From Spirochaetota bacterium (lineage in GTDB: Bacteria; Spirochaetota; UBA4802; JAFGDQ01), in assembly GCA_043803405.1 (NCBI GenBank), contig JAZDKB010000044.1, positions 14,742 through 78,741 on the forward strand: a DNA stretch of 64,000 nucleotides, in the 5' to 3' direction. Under the pieces are notes generated by a model. The model was not told the origin of the DNA. It ran no database searches and saw only the letters and a list, made by a program, of their open reading frames with translations. This document shows, one piece after another, positions 61,515 through 64,000 of the stretch (positions are counted from its first letter, which is position 1; each line of letters opens with the position of its first letter). Both the position numbers and the translations under genes were made by a program.

Positions 61515-63596
61515 TTACCTTATCTTAAAAAAGCTTACTTTAGTTTTAAGCGTTTCAGCCATGCCCGATAGTTCCTCAACATTGCTTGCAGTCTCTTCCG
61601 ACGAGGACGCGGTTGCCTGCGATACCGAACTGATCTCAGTGACGTTCTTTACCATTTCATCCATCGCATTACGCTGTTCTTCCGTGGCCGCTAAAATTAT
61701 ATTAGCTTTGCTTTCCAGGTCAACGAATTGATCGGTTACATTTTTATTGGTTGAAAGGGCGTCGTTCATGGTATCGTAAACGCCAAGTGCCATTTTATCA
61801 ACCATGCTTATGCCATCAAGTATCGATTTTATCATACCGGTCATTTCATTTACATTAGAGGCAAATTGCTGTATCTCAGTATCGTTTTCTTTTATATGAC
61901 TTGCTATACCTTTAATGCTCGAGGCAGTCTGGTCTGCCAGTTTTGAAATTTCGTCTGCTACAACCGCGAACCCTCTGCCCGATTCTCCGGCTCTTGCTGC
62001 TTCAATAGCTGCGTTAAGCGAGAGTAGATTTATCTTGTCGGATATATCGTTTATTATGCCTATTATGTTCTGCATCTCCTCTGATGATGTGTTTACTTTT
62101 TCCATATTGGAAGTCATACTAGTGAGATGATTTTCGGTCGATTTGGCAGTCTGAGACATTTTCCCTGTAAGCGAACGCGTTTCATTTACTTTATTATTCA
62201 TCTCCGAAATGTTGCCGCTAAGACGGTCTATTCTTTTGCGTACCTCGTTGATATTCTCGAGCAAGCCGGCGCTTTGAGAGCTGATGTTTTCCACTCCTGT
62301 ACTTACCTGTTCAATGCTGGCCGATATCTCTTCTGTAGCGGCAGCCTGCGACTGCGAGTTCCTGGCAGAAAGATCGGCTGAAGCGGCAAGTTCGGTTGTA
62401 GACGAAGCGAGGATATCCGACGACAGGAGCACTTCTTCGATAACCTGGCGGAATCGCGCTACAAAATCATTATACGCAATAAGCATTCTGGCAATTTCAT
62501 CATATCCGTGTGATTCTACCGTAGCAGTAAGGTCGCCGTTTGCTGTCTGGTTGAGAACTGTAACAGCATTGACGATGGGATCGGATAATCTTCTGGATAT
62601 AACAAATCCGGCTACGCCCGCCCCGAATGCGAAAACCAATCCTATAACTAAGATTGTTGTTTGCATCATACGGGATCTTGCGTACGTTTCGTCTGTGTTT
62701 ACAACACCAAGTAATTTCCATCCGGTTTTCGGAGAAGTTATTACGCGTCCGATCCTTTCAACGCCGTTGTTCGTGTAATGAACAATCGTATCTCCTTTTT
62801 TGAAAGCTTCTGTCAACTCAGGGATTTTGAATTCTGAAATATTTTTACCTACCATATCTTTGCGTTTCGAATGCGTAAGCATTACATTGTCTGCGTCTGT
62901 TAGAACAATAAAACCTGTTTCACCGATTGATATGGAATTTATAATATCAGTAATACTGTTTATGGCTATATGAACCGCTCCCACGTAGGATAAGTCGCCG
63001 TCCGCTCCCTTAAATGCTTTTACCGCAGTAACAAGCCAGGATTTTGTTATCCCGAAAAACGGTTTAGTTAATGCAGGTTCTCCGTTCTTTTCCATGCCGA
63101 GTTTGTACCATGGTCTGGGTCGCGGATCATAATGTGCGGCAATAGTTTCCAGATTAGTAACCACAAATCCGCCGGACTTTGTCCCGAAACTCAGTGTTGC
63201 AAAATCAGAATGTGTTTTATTAATCAGGTTCAGGAAATTAAATAGTTCTGTTTCAAGCGGCCCTTTTTTTGCGGTATAATTCTTTGTATCTTTATCTTTA
63301 TTGATATAGTTAGTGATCGATCCGTCCATACGCCGGCTCATCGGAGATGTGCCTATCATTTCAAGAGTGTTATAAGCGTTTTGCACCCATATATTCATTA
63401 TATTATTTACCTGAGTAATTTCAGCCGTTATCCTTGATAAATAATCTTCCTCGGTTTTACTGTTGATTAAATATCCGACAATAAGAAGTACACATGTAAT
63501 CGGTATTATCACAAGTATTATAGAAGTAGTAAAAATTTTTTTCTTTATACTATTAAACTTAAAAGCGTTTTTAAATTTTGATGCAGCAGAATCCAT
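61515..63596 (-). CDS. Methyl-accepting chemotaxis protein with dCache sensor and HAMP domains
   Basis: [57 protein letters not shown]. Confidence 0.95.
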   Translation of the reverse strand: MDSAASKFKNAFKFNSIKKKIFTTSIILVIIPITCVLLIVGYLINSKTEEDYLSRITAEITQVNNIMNIWVQNAYNTLEMIGTSPMSRRMDGSITNYINKDKDTKNYTAKKGPLETELFNFLNLINKTHSDFATLSFGTKSGGFVVTNLETIAAHYDPRPRPWYKLGMEKNGEPALTKPFFGITKSWLVTAVKAFKGADGDLSYVGAVHIAINSITDIINSISIGETGFIVLTDADNVMLTHSKRKDMVGKNISEFKIPELTEAFKKGDTIVHYTNNGVERIGRVITSPKTGWKLLGVVNTDETYARSRMMQTTILVIGLVFAFGAGVAGFVISRRLSDPIVNAVTVLNQTANGDLTATVESHGYDEIARMLIAYNDFVARFRQVIEEVLLSSDILASSTTELAASADLSARNSQSQAAATEEISASIEQVSTGVENISSQSAGLLENINEVRKRIDRLSGNISEMNNKVNETRSLTGKMSQTAKSTENHLTSMTSNMEKVNTSSEEMQNIIGIINDISDKINLLSLNAAIEAARAGESGRGFAVVADEISKLADQTASSIKGIASHIKENDTEIQQFASNVNEMTGMIKSILDGISMVDKMALGVYDTMNDALSTNKNVTDQFVDLESKANIILAATEEQRNAMDEMVKNVTEISSVSQATASSSEETASNVEELSGMAETLKTKVSFFKIR

Positions 63597-64000
63597 ATAT
63601 TCCCCCAAATATATAATCCGTTTTTGTACTCATTATAATATCAATATCGTTATAAAGTATCTATAGGTCAACAAGGAAATTCAGGATAGTATTGTTTTTA
63701 CAAAAACGGATAATATTGTCCACCTTGAATCCCGGTTATTTCATTTATAAATAATCTAATAACATTGCAAAACATTTAAAAAGTCATAAAACTTGTATTA
63801 AGGCTTATTTTTAACAAGCGACCGAATGATCGGTATATAATTTTTATTTTGTGTTATAAATTCTGAGTAAGTTCGCTGAATGATAGTTGGTCAATTTGCG
63901 CATACTGAAAAGATGTATTTGGCAACCTATGTAGGATCTATAATAATAATTTGTAATCTATTTAATTTGATATAATATATAAAAATATAAATAATAATAT

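Noticed and set aside
421..63666. Numerous short antisense or alternate-frame ORFs overlapping confident genes
   Set aside because: Shadows of real genes with no recognisable motifs; extended starts for nuoB, nuoI, nuoK, mreD, the response regulator and others were trimmed
1..64000. tRNA or rRNA genes
   Set aside because: No cloverleaf or rRNA signature noticed by eye; tRNAscan-SE/Infernal would be needed to exclude them

Overview
Low-GC bacterial chromosomal window, probably from an anaerobic Spirochaetota lineage related to Leptospira. This is inferred from the LipL45/FecR-like and LA_0442-like proteins, mreB-C-D-mrdA-rodA, ferredoxin and UGA-recoded genes. (1) 0-11 kb: a divergently transcribed surface-protein island. 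An RCC1 double propeller and a 3-domain lipoprotein lie on the minus strand. A FecR-like lipoprotein, an FN3/outer-membrane barrel protein and three beta-propeller lipoproteins lie on the plus strand. (2) 11-19 kb: mobile DNA and toxin-antitoxin modules, including an IS3 remnant, an intact IS1182 nested in a MITE, an IS66 fragment, and four TA-like modules separated by a conserved ~140-bp repeat. (3) 19-39 kb: DUF4105/DUF3015, an ECF sigma/anti-sigma pair and housekeeping genes. (4) 40-50 kb: an 11-subunit complex I lacking nuoEFG. (5) 50-64 kb: two genes with in-frame TGA (a SelW/Rdx CxxU protein and a secreted DUF1573-like UxC protein), glgX, spoVG, mqnD and an MCP. The best candidate for an undescribed system is an ECF-sigma cell-surface regulon. 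The motif TGWGACGATT-N12-GAACTTA occurs upstream of the ECF sigma gene and, as a perfect 44-bp inverted repeat, in front of both arms of the lipoprotein island 18 kb away. The putative anti-sigma and the island's FecR-like protein also share a 39-aa C-terminal domain (20/39 identical). All family calls come from motif recognition, not database searches.
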